Source of the DNA: Acanthaster planci
Lineage: Eukaryota
Length of the DNA: 64,000 bases
Reading direction: 5' to 3'
NCBI RefSeq assembly: GCF_001949145.1
Contig: NW_019091355.1
Span: 5,791,068-5,855,067, forward strand
Part shown: positions 15,101-27,100 of the stretch, piece by piece
How positions within the stretch are numbered: the first letter of the stretch is position 1
Layout: the number at the start of each line of letters is the position of its first letter
Translations under genes and position numbers: made by a program
Notes under the pieces: model-generated
What the model was told of the DNA's origin: nothing
Seen by the model: the letters and a program-made list of their open reading frames with translations, nothing else
The model's database searches: none

Positions 15101-18100
15101 TGGCCAATGGCATTCAGCAACCAAGAAACCTGCGTCTGGCGGATCTCTGTGACTCCCGGGGAGACAATCGTGCTGATGTTTGATGACTTTGAGCTAGTTG
15201 GCAGCGATGACTGCTGGTATCATCATGTGGAAGTAAGGGATGGCCACTGGAGGTTTTCCAACCTTTTAGGTAGGAATTCTTTCTTTTCTCAAAGAGGTAT
15301 TAAAAAACCTTGGCTTGCCGTTATGCAATACAGATGTAAGCACAGCTTGTATAGGGTGTTTCATCTATTGTTTCATCCTTCACGTATTATTGAGTGATTT
15401 GTTGCAACTTTGTCATACAAAAATAGCCTGGTCTTATTTAGTGGGTGGTTTTGGACAGGCCTTCAAAAATCCAGACTTAAGTTTTGTGTTTCCCATGTCT
15501 CTGTACGATAACACATTCACATTGAGTTGTGCCTGGACTATGGAGTTAGGAAGGTTTGTCAGCACAGCAAAGGATAGATTTCCAACCTTTGCTGATAAGT
15601 TTGCTCAGACGAATCCAGCGATCTTCATGAGGAGAGGCGAAACTGGGTTTGGATTAGCAATACTAACTGGTTTATTGGTGGCTGCAGTGTGAGGTTGAAA
15701 TAAATGCGACCACACACAAGGAGGCGGCAAGTTGGCATCACCCAAATCGAGTGACAATAATTAAGGAAAACAAAGAACGGGGAAAACCCAATGAATATAT
15801 GTACATGAATACAACATACAGAACTCTTTAATTAAGATTACCGTGTATAAATAATACACATTCTTACCTGGGAATGAGTGCACTGCTCCACAAGTCTACA
15901 ACATCTGTCACTTGCATAGAATTAAAGATAAATTTTTAAATGCTGAAGTCTAGGCCAACATGTCATGTACTAAGAGAGGCCTGTAATACTGAACCACTCA
16001 CTGAGAGTCAGAAAGCTGGGTAAAGTCTAATCTCAGTACGTCAAATAAACTTACATTCCTTCAACAAGGTACATGTAGCACACTCTTATAAAAGCCATAC
16101 ACTAAATTGTAAGTCAAATGCACGTGTTAACCAAATCTATTTCACCAGAAATCAGATTTGAAAACAAATCTTTCCATCTTCCTCTGCGCAAAACCTGATG
16201 TAACCATAATTACAGGCTTCACTAAATCCAGAGGGCGCAATTGAAATGTAATAAGCTGAGCCTACAAATGCCTATAGAAAGATTGTACACTTTGCCTGAA
16301 ATATCGACATATACTCAGTTGATCACAGTCCTTAAACCATACAAAATACTGAGTTTCTGGCAAACCCTCACATCAAAATAGATTGCACATGCAGCAGAGG
16401 CAATGATAGAAAGTGTGAGAGTTCAAGGAAATGTAACGGTACCGGTAGACTGGGACTGCATGGCTGTTATGATCGTTAAGGACGGCGCCTTGTTGCAAAT
16501 CCACCGCATTTACTCCGCTAAAGTAACACTTTATAAGAGAGTTAATTTCTAAATCATGTCATTGAGGAAGCTTTAAAGACTGTCCGGTTTATGTACACCG
16601 GTATAATTGGTTTGAATAATAGGAGGAAAAGGAAGAAATTTACCTGCAGATGTGAGGTCGAAATAAATGGGACTATGCACAAGGAGGCAAAAAGTTGATA
16701 TAACCAACCTCCGGTGAACTTCAACCTCCACAAGGACTAACCCCGCTCTTAAACCCAATTCACACAAATGCATGCACATTTCGAACAAATGAAATAGTAT
16801 GTGTACGTTGGTTGCCATGCATAAACAGCCATGGGAGTATAGCACTGTTTATAACACCTCATCCACACATTCTGCCTCTTGATTGGCTGAGAGCCAGTCA
16901 CATGGCACAAACAAAGGAACTACACCTGTAGCAACCAAAGAACTGTATGTATGATAACCACCAGCATTATGTCCAAATGCAGTGGTTTGTCTATGGCACA
17001 TTCTGAAGTACATGTGCTACAGAACTAGGTTACAATATTATGTGAAGAGGTAGTTTGCACTGGACCAATCGAGAGGCATCTGTGTGTGAGGTGTTAAAAT
17101 AGATTCAGGCTCCCTCTTCTTGAACCTTGTGGAGGGTCATTTATAACGCAGATTTGAATCGATGAGATTTAATGTACATGTACCATTGCACCAGCCTGGC
17201 CAAGTTAATAGGAAAGACAACACTTAAACCAGCCATATTACCCCTGGTAGTGATACTTTTTTCTTTGAACTTGACAAGTTTGGATAATTTGTAATCCTCC
17301 TTTCCTCCCCACAGGAAGATTTTGTGGCAGTGACATCCCTCCAGTGATCGTCTCAACAGACAGCCGGCTGTGGATTGAGCTAAAGAGCTCTCCATCTGGT
17401 AGTGCAATTAGTCGCGGATTCACGGCTCACTATGAAGGTACAGGAGCAACGGACGAAGCAAGAGGGATTAGGGCTGTGGGAGTCACTCCTCTTGAAGGAC
17501 TAGTGGTAGTGAATAGTGATGTGAATGAAACTTTTTCCCTTCAACTGAAATAGCAGATGCTTCAGTCATAATCACAGCAATGAAACAAAAATGTGTTGAA
17601 AATGGACACTGAATGCATTAATTGAAATATTTGAACAGTTAGCAGAGGCAAGTGCTCTGGAAATGAATTCCTATCTCCAAAAGATTTTCGTTATTAGTTT
17701 GACATTTTCGAAGTATGTCTTTCTCAAATATTCAGATGTGTACCTATAGGCCTAGTCAAAGTCTGATCATCTCTTCATATGTTTCAGGCTTAATTCTTAC
17801 TCTGTCATTGTATCAAATTCATGCAAGTGAGCAATAGAGACAAAAACAGTGGGTCGGGAGGGCCAATCCCCCCTCCCATTTTTTTGGTTTGGGGACTTGC
17901 TCCCCCCCCCCACTCTTTTGTAGTCCTGTAATGGGGCAGGGCTTAATGGATCAGTCTGTTAATGGCTGATGCTCATGGTCTTGCTACTGTCCTCCACTTT
18001 GTGAATCGTTATGCCATTACTGCAAATGAGAGTGGGTACCAGGGGTAGCAGAGTAGCACAGTTAGGCTGACACACTGTGTGCACCTTTTGTCCATATATG

Positions 18101-21100
18101 AATAGCATGAATTAAGTTAAAGCAATTTTCTGTGAAATGTACACAATAGTATGGTCTTCCTAAGGATGGTTGTAGGCACACCGTGCCAGTTGTGTACATG
18201 TGTCTACCACCAGCCTCCCCTCTTTTTCACTGATACTTTGGCCAAGTTCCATCAGTGACCAATGATTGACTGATGGCTGCCAATAAAACTTGGCCTCGCT
18301 TGGTTCAAAGAGGGTTAGACTACAGCACTGGGCTTCAGCAGTGCTTATTTGATCATGTTAAAAGACAGGAGATGCAAGAATAACACAAAGCATGTCAGCT
18401 TGGTACAGGTTGCTAGGTTCGTTTAAGGTGTGATGAAAGTTAGTTCCCTATGGCTAGGAACATTGATAAGGACTTATCCTGGGTGTCTGCCTTTACAGAA
18501 GTCTTGCTGTACTGCCAGTCTGTTTTTACAGTTCTCAGGATTAAACTGGAAGGTTCTCAAATTTGAAACACAGTCATTTGGGGAAACTAAGGTACAGACA
18601 AGTGCTTATGTTTTCTTACAAACTGAATATTACTGCTACCTTAACAATTTCTTGCTGATGTTCTGTTGCTTCACCCTCTCCCCATGAAGAGCCTTTGCTG
18701 TACCCCTGGTCCAAAGTCTCTCCCCCCCAACATTCTAGGTTATTGACGGTTGACAATACTGTGCCTTTTTTTGCCTGGCAGCGGTTTGTGGAGGCAATAT
18801 CTCCAAGGAGTCAGGGATGCTACAGAGTCCCAACTACCCTGATGACTACCGGCCGGACAAGTCCTGTGTGTGGCTCCTGACTATGCCCGAGGGCTATCAA
18901 GTGGGGCTCAACTTTCAGTCATTTGAGGTAGGCAAGTCCAGCAGCTGGTTTTACAAAACTTTGCCTAACTTTGTATCTTATAACGGAAACCTTACACCAC
19001 AGTGTTTTCAATTAATTTAACATCTTGGACAAGCATGATTACAGCTTTTACAATTATTGTTCTTCGGTATTACAGTAGTCATCAGTTTTCAGTTAACTGC
19101 ACCTGCCATTCTGAAAAACATTTTATGTGGTTTTTTTTACAGAATCAGGCAGAAAATCTTTATGTTCTGGCACATCCAAATAAGATTTAATTACCTCAAA
19201 AACAGAGTTTTACATTTCTCATATAAACCTTGTTGAATTGAGTAATGATGAACATCGCCTGAACATTATTAATTAGGGAAACTGTCCTTTCCCAATTTGT
19301 TGAATGTGAGTTACATCACTTCAAATGACTGCATAAGTTACACTGTACATGTACTTTTTTGACAAGCTCCATACTAACGCAGTGCCTAACTTTCATGAAA
19401 TTGGTTCTTATTTGTTGTGTGGCTTATGCAACAAAATGTAGCGTAAGTGAAGTTATGCCATGACATAAAAGTTTCATGAAATCTGCTGATCCCTGAAAGA
19501 TAAACAATACACAGAAAGTAAATTAGACTGACTGGCAGAAGAGGGCGGTACAGAATTCCAGTAACTCTGATGACTTCTGACCGCACAAGTCATGCAGTTC
19601 TAATAACTTGTTTAGATTTGAGGTGACACTGCTCTGCTGTGTAGCTGTTCTGTCGATGTGTGTGGTTTTAAAAAGGATTGTTGGTAACATTTCAGGCATT
19701 TTATTTATTACCCTGCCTGTTGTCAGAGCTCTGTAGTTTATCGAGAGTGTTAAAACAGGCATTATTTACAACCCCATTTTGAGGGTTTTTCAGGTGTTGC
19801 AAAAATTTCCATATCCGTTATAAATATTCTGAGCTGTGAATACTCCAGGGAACAGTGTTAAGAATGTTCAAGGCTAGACAGGTGGGGCAATGCAGGGGCT
19901 GGTGATTAAGCACGGATGCAAGACTCCAGTCATAATGATCTCGTGTTCAACCCACTCTGTTTTTAAACCCACATAGCAGGTGTAACCGGCTAATATTTTA
20001 AGCTATTCTCCCTTATTGGCCAATAGGTGGAGAGGCATGACAATTGTATCTATGACTACGTGGAGATACGCGATGGCCACCAAGATGACTCACCATTAAT
20101 TGGCAAATTCTGCGGCTACTTGATGCCAGAGGACATCAAGTCTTCCAGTAACAAGCTGCGTGTCAAGTTTAAGTCAGACGGGACTGTCAACAAAGGGGGA
20201 TTTTCAGCTGATTTTTTCAAAGGTTAATTCTTTTCGTTGCTGATTGCAATGTGAAACCTATCCTTGGTTTGCTATTGGAATTGGTAGAATGTAACAAGAC
20301 TTTATGCTGTACACACAAAACTAATATTCACAGCCAAGACTTATTGGGTAAGCCCCGAAATTAGGGTTCTATTTTTCATTTTATTGTCCCGGCCACATCT
20401 GACATTTGATTTTGTAAGTTCAGAATACATTTTCTAATTTCCAAGAATAATGAATTAATGCGAATTACCTGCCAAAGAAATAGTAATAGTTTGAAACCAA
20501 TTCCAGTGATATTTCAATGTCAAATAACAAAGGTCAAATGTAACAGGGCCACAAAAAAGTCACACTCTTAAACCCCTAATTTCTAGAATTACCCTATTGC
20601 ATTTGGCCAAGTTGCTCAACTTGATAGCGATATTTATTTCTGCATCAAACTTTAATGAATTGGGCAGGATCACAGGCACTGGATAAATTTTGGAGAGTAC
20701 TGGATGTGACTCTGGATACCTTTGGAGATTAACATCAATTTGTTTTGCTGTGTCATTTCTCTTGTTGAAGACAATGGAAACTTGGCTTGTAATTTGCATT
20801 CAGACCAAAGCTATTCAAATGAAGCCACTAAAGATTGAAGGGCACAAAATATGTTTGAAAGAAAATGCTTATCTTGTATTTGATATATCGCAAATAAGGA
20901 TTGACTTTGGGAATAGCACTTATCTTGCTTACGTTGTGATGCTTCTTTAACTGATGTGCCCATGGGCTGTGTTTATTAAACTCCAAGCAATTTGTTTCTC
21001 TGTAAACCTTCCCCATTTTTCATTTTATTCAGTGGTAAAACCCCTCTAATACTAGCTGGATGTACAAACTAGATCTGCATGTACTTAGGAAGCTGATTCA

Positions 21101-24100
21101 CCTCCACAATCTTGTGTAGGAGGATACACAAATTGGTATTACGTGATGCAAAATAAACGGGCACATTCATTACATATTAAAACAAATTACAGTGTGTCTT
21201 CAAGCATGATTGATGATTCCGTAGAGAGGAACATGAATTTACCATAGTGTAAATGTATACGAATTGATTCTATTTTAACCTTCAAAAGACGATACTCTGC
21301 CAAAACTATTACTTTGCCATCTGTGGGTATTTCTGGTTAAACTTTATAAAATGCCGTAGTTTAGGTTCAAGCAACCTGAGGACTCTTCACTTCATACACG
21401 GACACACACCTGTGTAAACACGTCTTCATTGCCCTCGTGTTAATCATTCATTCTTGTTAGCAGTGTGGTGACATTTTTCTTTCATGTTCCTCCCCCCCCC
21501 CATCTTGACAAAAAAAATTCACACCTTTCTTTTTTTGTGTTTTACCTTGCAGAGGATGATGAGTGTTCAAAAAACAATGGTGGTTGTGAGCAAATCTGTG
21601 TTAATACCATCGGCAGTTACCGCTGTGAATGTGATCCTGGATTTGAGCTCAAGGCAGATGGCAAGTCTTGCGAAGGTGAGAATTAAATACTTCCCAGCAG
21701 AGTTTGGTAGCTTGCTTGATGACTCATTGGCTGGTTGGCTACCCATCCCAGGTTGACATTTGGCTGGCTTGTTGGTTGGCTTGCTGATTGGCTGGCTGCC
21801 TTTATGGTTAGTTGGTTGGCTGCTTGGCTGCCTAGCTCCCTGACTGGTTGGATACTTGGCTGGAATTAGCTTGCTGGTTTGCTGGCTGGAAGAGATAAGG
21901 CTTTTTCACACTACATCCTGTCATCCCAGATTGAACTCAACCTTGGGCAAAGCCACAACCACCCTGGATGAAAATTAGATTTGATCCAGTGTGATTTTTC
22001 AACCCCGCATTCAACCTGGCATGGTTTCACGCTTGTTTCATAAAAACTAAGCTCACTAGGGCGAGTTCAACTTAAAGATGAGCACAAACGATTTCAACCA
22101 AAGTTGAAAAATCTCAACCCTTGTCCGGAGGAAGGTTGAGTTCAACCGGGGTTGAAGTCAATCTCAGAGGCAACAATGAGTGGGCACAGGGTTGAACATT
22201 TTCCGGTGTGAATTGTCGCCAGTTTTCAACCCTGCAACAGCCCTGTGTCAAGCCCAAGATTTGTCTAGTGTGAAAAGGCCTTAACTCCAATCTGACCTAG
22301 TTTAACCTTTGTTGACTCAATTTTCACTTTCTTTCCAGCAAATGTTTAAAAAGGCATTATTCAAACTTCAGCTTATGCATATTTATCCGGTGTTCCTAAC
22401 GCCTTTGCAAATAAAGTAAACTATTATCATCCTTTACTTTAGTTTTAACGTATAATCTATTATATTTGAACAGTTTTTGTATTCAAATTTAACCCTATTT
22501 TATGGATCAAGTTTAGTGAGCATAGTTTTGTCGTATTTTTTTTGGTTGATTTTGTTTTTTATATATAAACAGGACCCTTAGGAATTGCATGTCTTTTCAA
22601 AACTGATGAGGCTACCCTGTATAAATAAAACAGATAATAATAATAATAACTCCATACTCGAATTTTAATCACCAATATCCTTTGATATTGATATATTTAA
22701 CAGTTGCCTGTGGTGGTTTCTTGACCAGTCTTCAAGGTAACATCACCAGTCCCTCCTTCCCTGACCTTTACCCTCGAGATAAGAACTGTGTCTGGCATCT
22801 GGTGGCTCCATCATTGTATCGTATCTCACTTCAATTCCTCAGCTTTGAGTTAGAAGGCAATGATGTAAGTACCAACAATGACAATCATATGAGTAAGTTC
22901 TGTATTTTAAGGACACAGTGTGATGAATTGTATGGGTTTTTTTTCAAGGATTTGTCATAATGACCTAGGCAAAGCTTGAGATAGTAGATAGACAGACAAG
23001 TCGTTTTCATCTTTGAAGGTTTGCAAATATGACTACGTGGAGGTCCGCAGCGGCCTGACAGAGGTTGGGGATCTTCATGGCAAGTTTTGTGGGGACGAGA
23101 TCCCGGACACCATCACATCTCGCTACAACAACATGAGAATAGAGTTCAAGTCGGACAGCACCGTCTCCAGACCTGGGTTCTTTGCCAGGTTCTTTGCAGG
23201 TCAGTGGGGATGATGTGATCTTTGGTGTAAGCTGCGCCCTCTGTGGGCTGCATTAAATAGGTGATGCGAACACATGCTTGTTCACTTCCAATACTGACTT
23301 GAACCTTCTATTTTACTGTGTCACCGAGCCTCCCCCCCCACCCAGGAGCAAAATTTTGTTTGATTTTTGAAAAGTAATGTAGAAAGCCCTTGGTTTTGCG
23401 TCACCCCTCAGAAAGGCCATAAAAAAGGTTGTACCAACAAGTTTTCATTTTTGGTTGACCCCTACAACAATGTTGCCTCACCCTGTCAAATGTGGTTCCA
23501 GGTCCACCCTTGTACTATGCGCTTTTATGGACTTGTCAGCTTGAGCAATTGAAAAGCCCACTACCATATGCAATGCACAGCTTACCCGGCTGGTCCAGTT
23601 GGTCACTTCTGTTTAAGGAGCTTTAAAAACTGTCAGTGAGTGGGAAGGAATCTGAAACAAGTCCCAAACTCCGTGCAGAGCAAATGCTGCAGTGATATAT
23701 TTGAATTTTTGACCCACCTGTCAAGCCCCAAAAGATAACTTTGAACAACTGTGGCCATGTGCAAAACGGGCATCCAGAGCTTTGGCTAGTATTGTCTCTG
23801 TGTATTTCCAATGAAGTGAAGACCTAGACCTAGCTCTAGACAAAAGATTTGGATGCAGCCTTTCTTTCTTTTGGGCAGGTGCTCAACTGACTATTTCATG
23901 TTGGATTTTTTTTTCCTGGGACAGATATCGATGAGTGCGAGAAGAATAACGGTGACTGCCAGCACGTGTGTGTCAACACACTGGGAAGCTACACATGCTC
24001 TTGTAGGAATGGATTCACACTGCATGAAAATGGCCAGGACTGTAAAGAATGTAAGCAGCGGTGTGTAATGAGTGCATCCACCTGTTGTGAAACAGCCAAT

Positions 24101-27100
24101 CATGACAGAAGAGATTTGGGGTAGCTATGGAAGTACCCATGCCCCTACATAGTCATTTATGGGCTGTCACATGTAGCAACATAGTACTCACTTCATTATA
24201 GTCAAAAAGTACAGACAAAATTACTTTTCCCCCTTTTTTGATGTACATAAATATATGTAATCTTAGCCATTTTTCTAGCAGCACAGTAGTCAAGACAAAT
24301 AAGCATCATCTCACTGTAGCTGAGAAAAAGGGGTTATCACATGTCCAAATAATTAGCACAATAATTTATGAGTGCAGAAGCAAGCTTACTCACCAACAAC
24401 AAAACAGATCCTGTTTAAAATAACCCATTTGTTGTCAAGGTTTGTGGATCTGTCATAATAGGATATTATGAAATAAAAGCAGAAATTGACAGGAGGGATG
24501 TTCATTTTGATCATAATGTCCTTGCTTACTAAAGATCCAAATAAATTCCAGTTACCTTCTCTCTCTATTCCATTTGGTAATTATGGACTCGTTCTGTATT
24601 GAAAGTACTGTTGTAGCATTAAGACTGCAAGTTTAGCTGCAGATAGATTGTTTTGAATTTTTTTAACAGCTGGATGTCGTCACGATATTAGAGCCAGTCA
24701 TGGCGAGATAACAAGTCCTAACTACCCGGACAACTACCCTAAGCGCAAGGAGTGTACATGGCAAATTGTGGCCACGCCAGGACATAAAGTGGAGCTGGTG
24801 AGTTTTTTTGAGATGTGTTCCCAAAAATGATCCAAGGGTCAAATCCCACGCTGAATTGCCTGAAAGACATGATGAAAGCCACATGAATACACCGTTTGCT
24901 TTGTACTGATTTTCAACACAGTTTGCTGATTTATTTCCTTTGAATGACTTCAAGAAAAGTGCATCTTATAAACTCTTTTTTTGTATAAACAAGAGATTGA
25001 GATATTTAACCCAGGTGAGATACATTTCCCATTTGCTGTACCATTGTTTGTGTAAGTCAAGACAGAAAGGTGAAAAGGTTTTATTAGATTGACTCACTCT
25101 CAACCACCCCTCCTCATAACCACACAAGAGTCACAGGTACTTCAAAAGTTGGGGTAAACATTTGGATCAAGAAGAAGTTTTGAAATGTACAACTGACCAT
25201 GCAGTTGCCTTCAAATTGAAACAGAGGTGCATTGTGTTGATTTGTCTTAGCTAATATGTCTTCAACACTCTGCAGAGTCGAGGGGTAAGGTGTTATAGAA
25301 TAGAAAGGATTTCTCTAACTTGTGATACAGTAAAATGAGATTTCCCTCTTAATTTTTTTAGCATTCCATTTTCCAGGGCAAAGTCAAGGGAAATGAAATG
25401 CTCAATGAATTACTTCTAGAGACTAATCATACCACTTTTAGACTAGTTAATATTGATGTAAATGTCTCTTTCTCTAACCGTTTGCAGATATTCAATGATT
25501 TTGATCTTGAACATCATCTTGAGTGTGCCTATGATCATGTAGTCATCTATGATGGAGACTCGTCGGAAGGTCATCTATTAGGCCGATTCTGTGGGACAAG
25601 AATCCCTGATCCAGTTCTAGCCAGTGCCAATCAAATGTTCATACGATTCTTCTCAGACGCGTCTGTTTCCAGGCGAGGATTCTTCGCTTCGTATTCTACA
25701 AGTCAGTATTCTTACAAATTTTTGTCCCCCCAAAAAATGTGACTGCCATCTGCAAGCCAAAAGAATGTTTTTCTGAAGTCATGAGAAGAGCTGTCAAGAT
25801 GTATGCATCTGTTGGATACAAGTGCATCAGGCCTGTACACTCTGAAGTGTACTTTGGATCAGTTTGACTCCAGTAGGAAAAAAAAAGCAAAGCTTGGTCA
25901 CAACAAGGTTGCATTCTACAGCCTGGTTTGGAAGGTTTTGTCACGCTTACATGCCATCTTTGAAAAACAGGATGAAACAGCATGGCAGATTAAACTAACA
26001 GAAATAGCAATGTAAAAACTGTCAACTTTAAAAGAAATGTTTGCAGGCTGATATGGTGCATTGCCAAGGGGTCTTTATATGCCAGAGTTAGTCCACTCGC
26101 AGTTTTTCTCCATCAAGTTGGCATTTACACCAATTATTCTTCTGGTTACATGTATGACCTGAATGATGTCCAATTTGTTTCCTCAGTTTGTGGTGGTGTT
26201 CTTCAAGCTGACTATGTCCCCCAGAAACTCTACTCTCATGCCGATTATGGCGATACTAACTATGGAAGCCAGGTTTGTCATGTTTTTGTTCCATTGTTCG
26301 CTGGCTAAAAGTCAGTTGCCAAGGGTGTTTCAGTCTGGCAGGCAATTTTGAACCTCAGATATGATCTCATATTTTAATAGTAATTGTTTAATATTCTAGC
26401 TTGCCTTGACAGCATTTCTTTCTCAACACAGTAACTTTTAAAAGTCACATAATGTACAAAGACTGGCTTGTTCTGATTGGAAGTCAGTAGATTTGCTGTG
26501 ATGGTTTGCTTCAGCAAACACTGAGGAAGCCCATTTGCAGTGATGAAACTTACCCAGATTTATCCAGAAATCCGGATATCGGCACGGCAGCAGAAATATG
26601 TTTCCCGGATTTTCATTAATTTTCTGTCCCTGGTGAAATTACACGTCATAGCTAGCGTAAATCTCGTGCCGTGTCACGTAAAAATTGCGAGCAGAACGAG
26701 CTGAAGTGAGTAGTCTCTAGAACAGATCCATCTATAGACATCACCCATGGATACGACTTAATGTGCGCATATGAAAAAGGCCCTCTTCCATTTTGGGTAG
26801 AATAGCGCCTTGAACAAAGACTAGAAGCTGGATCTCTCATGTGCATGCGCGTTGCTACTCGTCTGACATGTTCTGTTTTGAGCCGCATGTCATGTCAAGC
26901 TGTCAAGCAAAATAATCTGCTTTTCATCCAACAATCGGCAACATGTACAAAGTGGTAGATTGGTCACACAATGTAAAAGACATCAACAAAAATATCAGAA
27001 ATGTCTTTAGTTTGAAATGGTTGGAGGAGAAGGATTGCAACGAAGATGTTTTGTCGGAGTCCGGAAAATAGACCACCCGGGATGTGCAATTTGTTCGTGG

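Noticed and set aside
21676..23213. Short BMP1-like isoforms by intron read-through (GEN* after EGF1, GQWG* after CUB3)
   Set aside because: Strong canonical donors; in-frame intronic stops are expected by chance and there is no transcript evidence.
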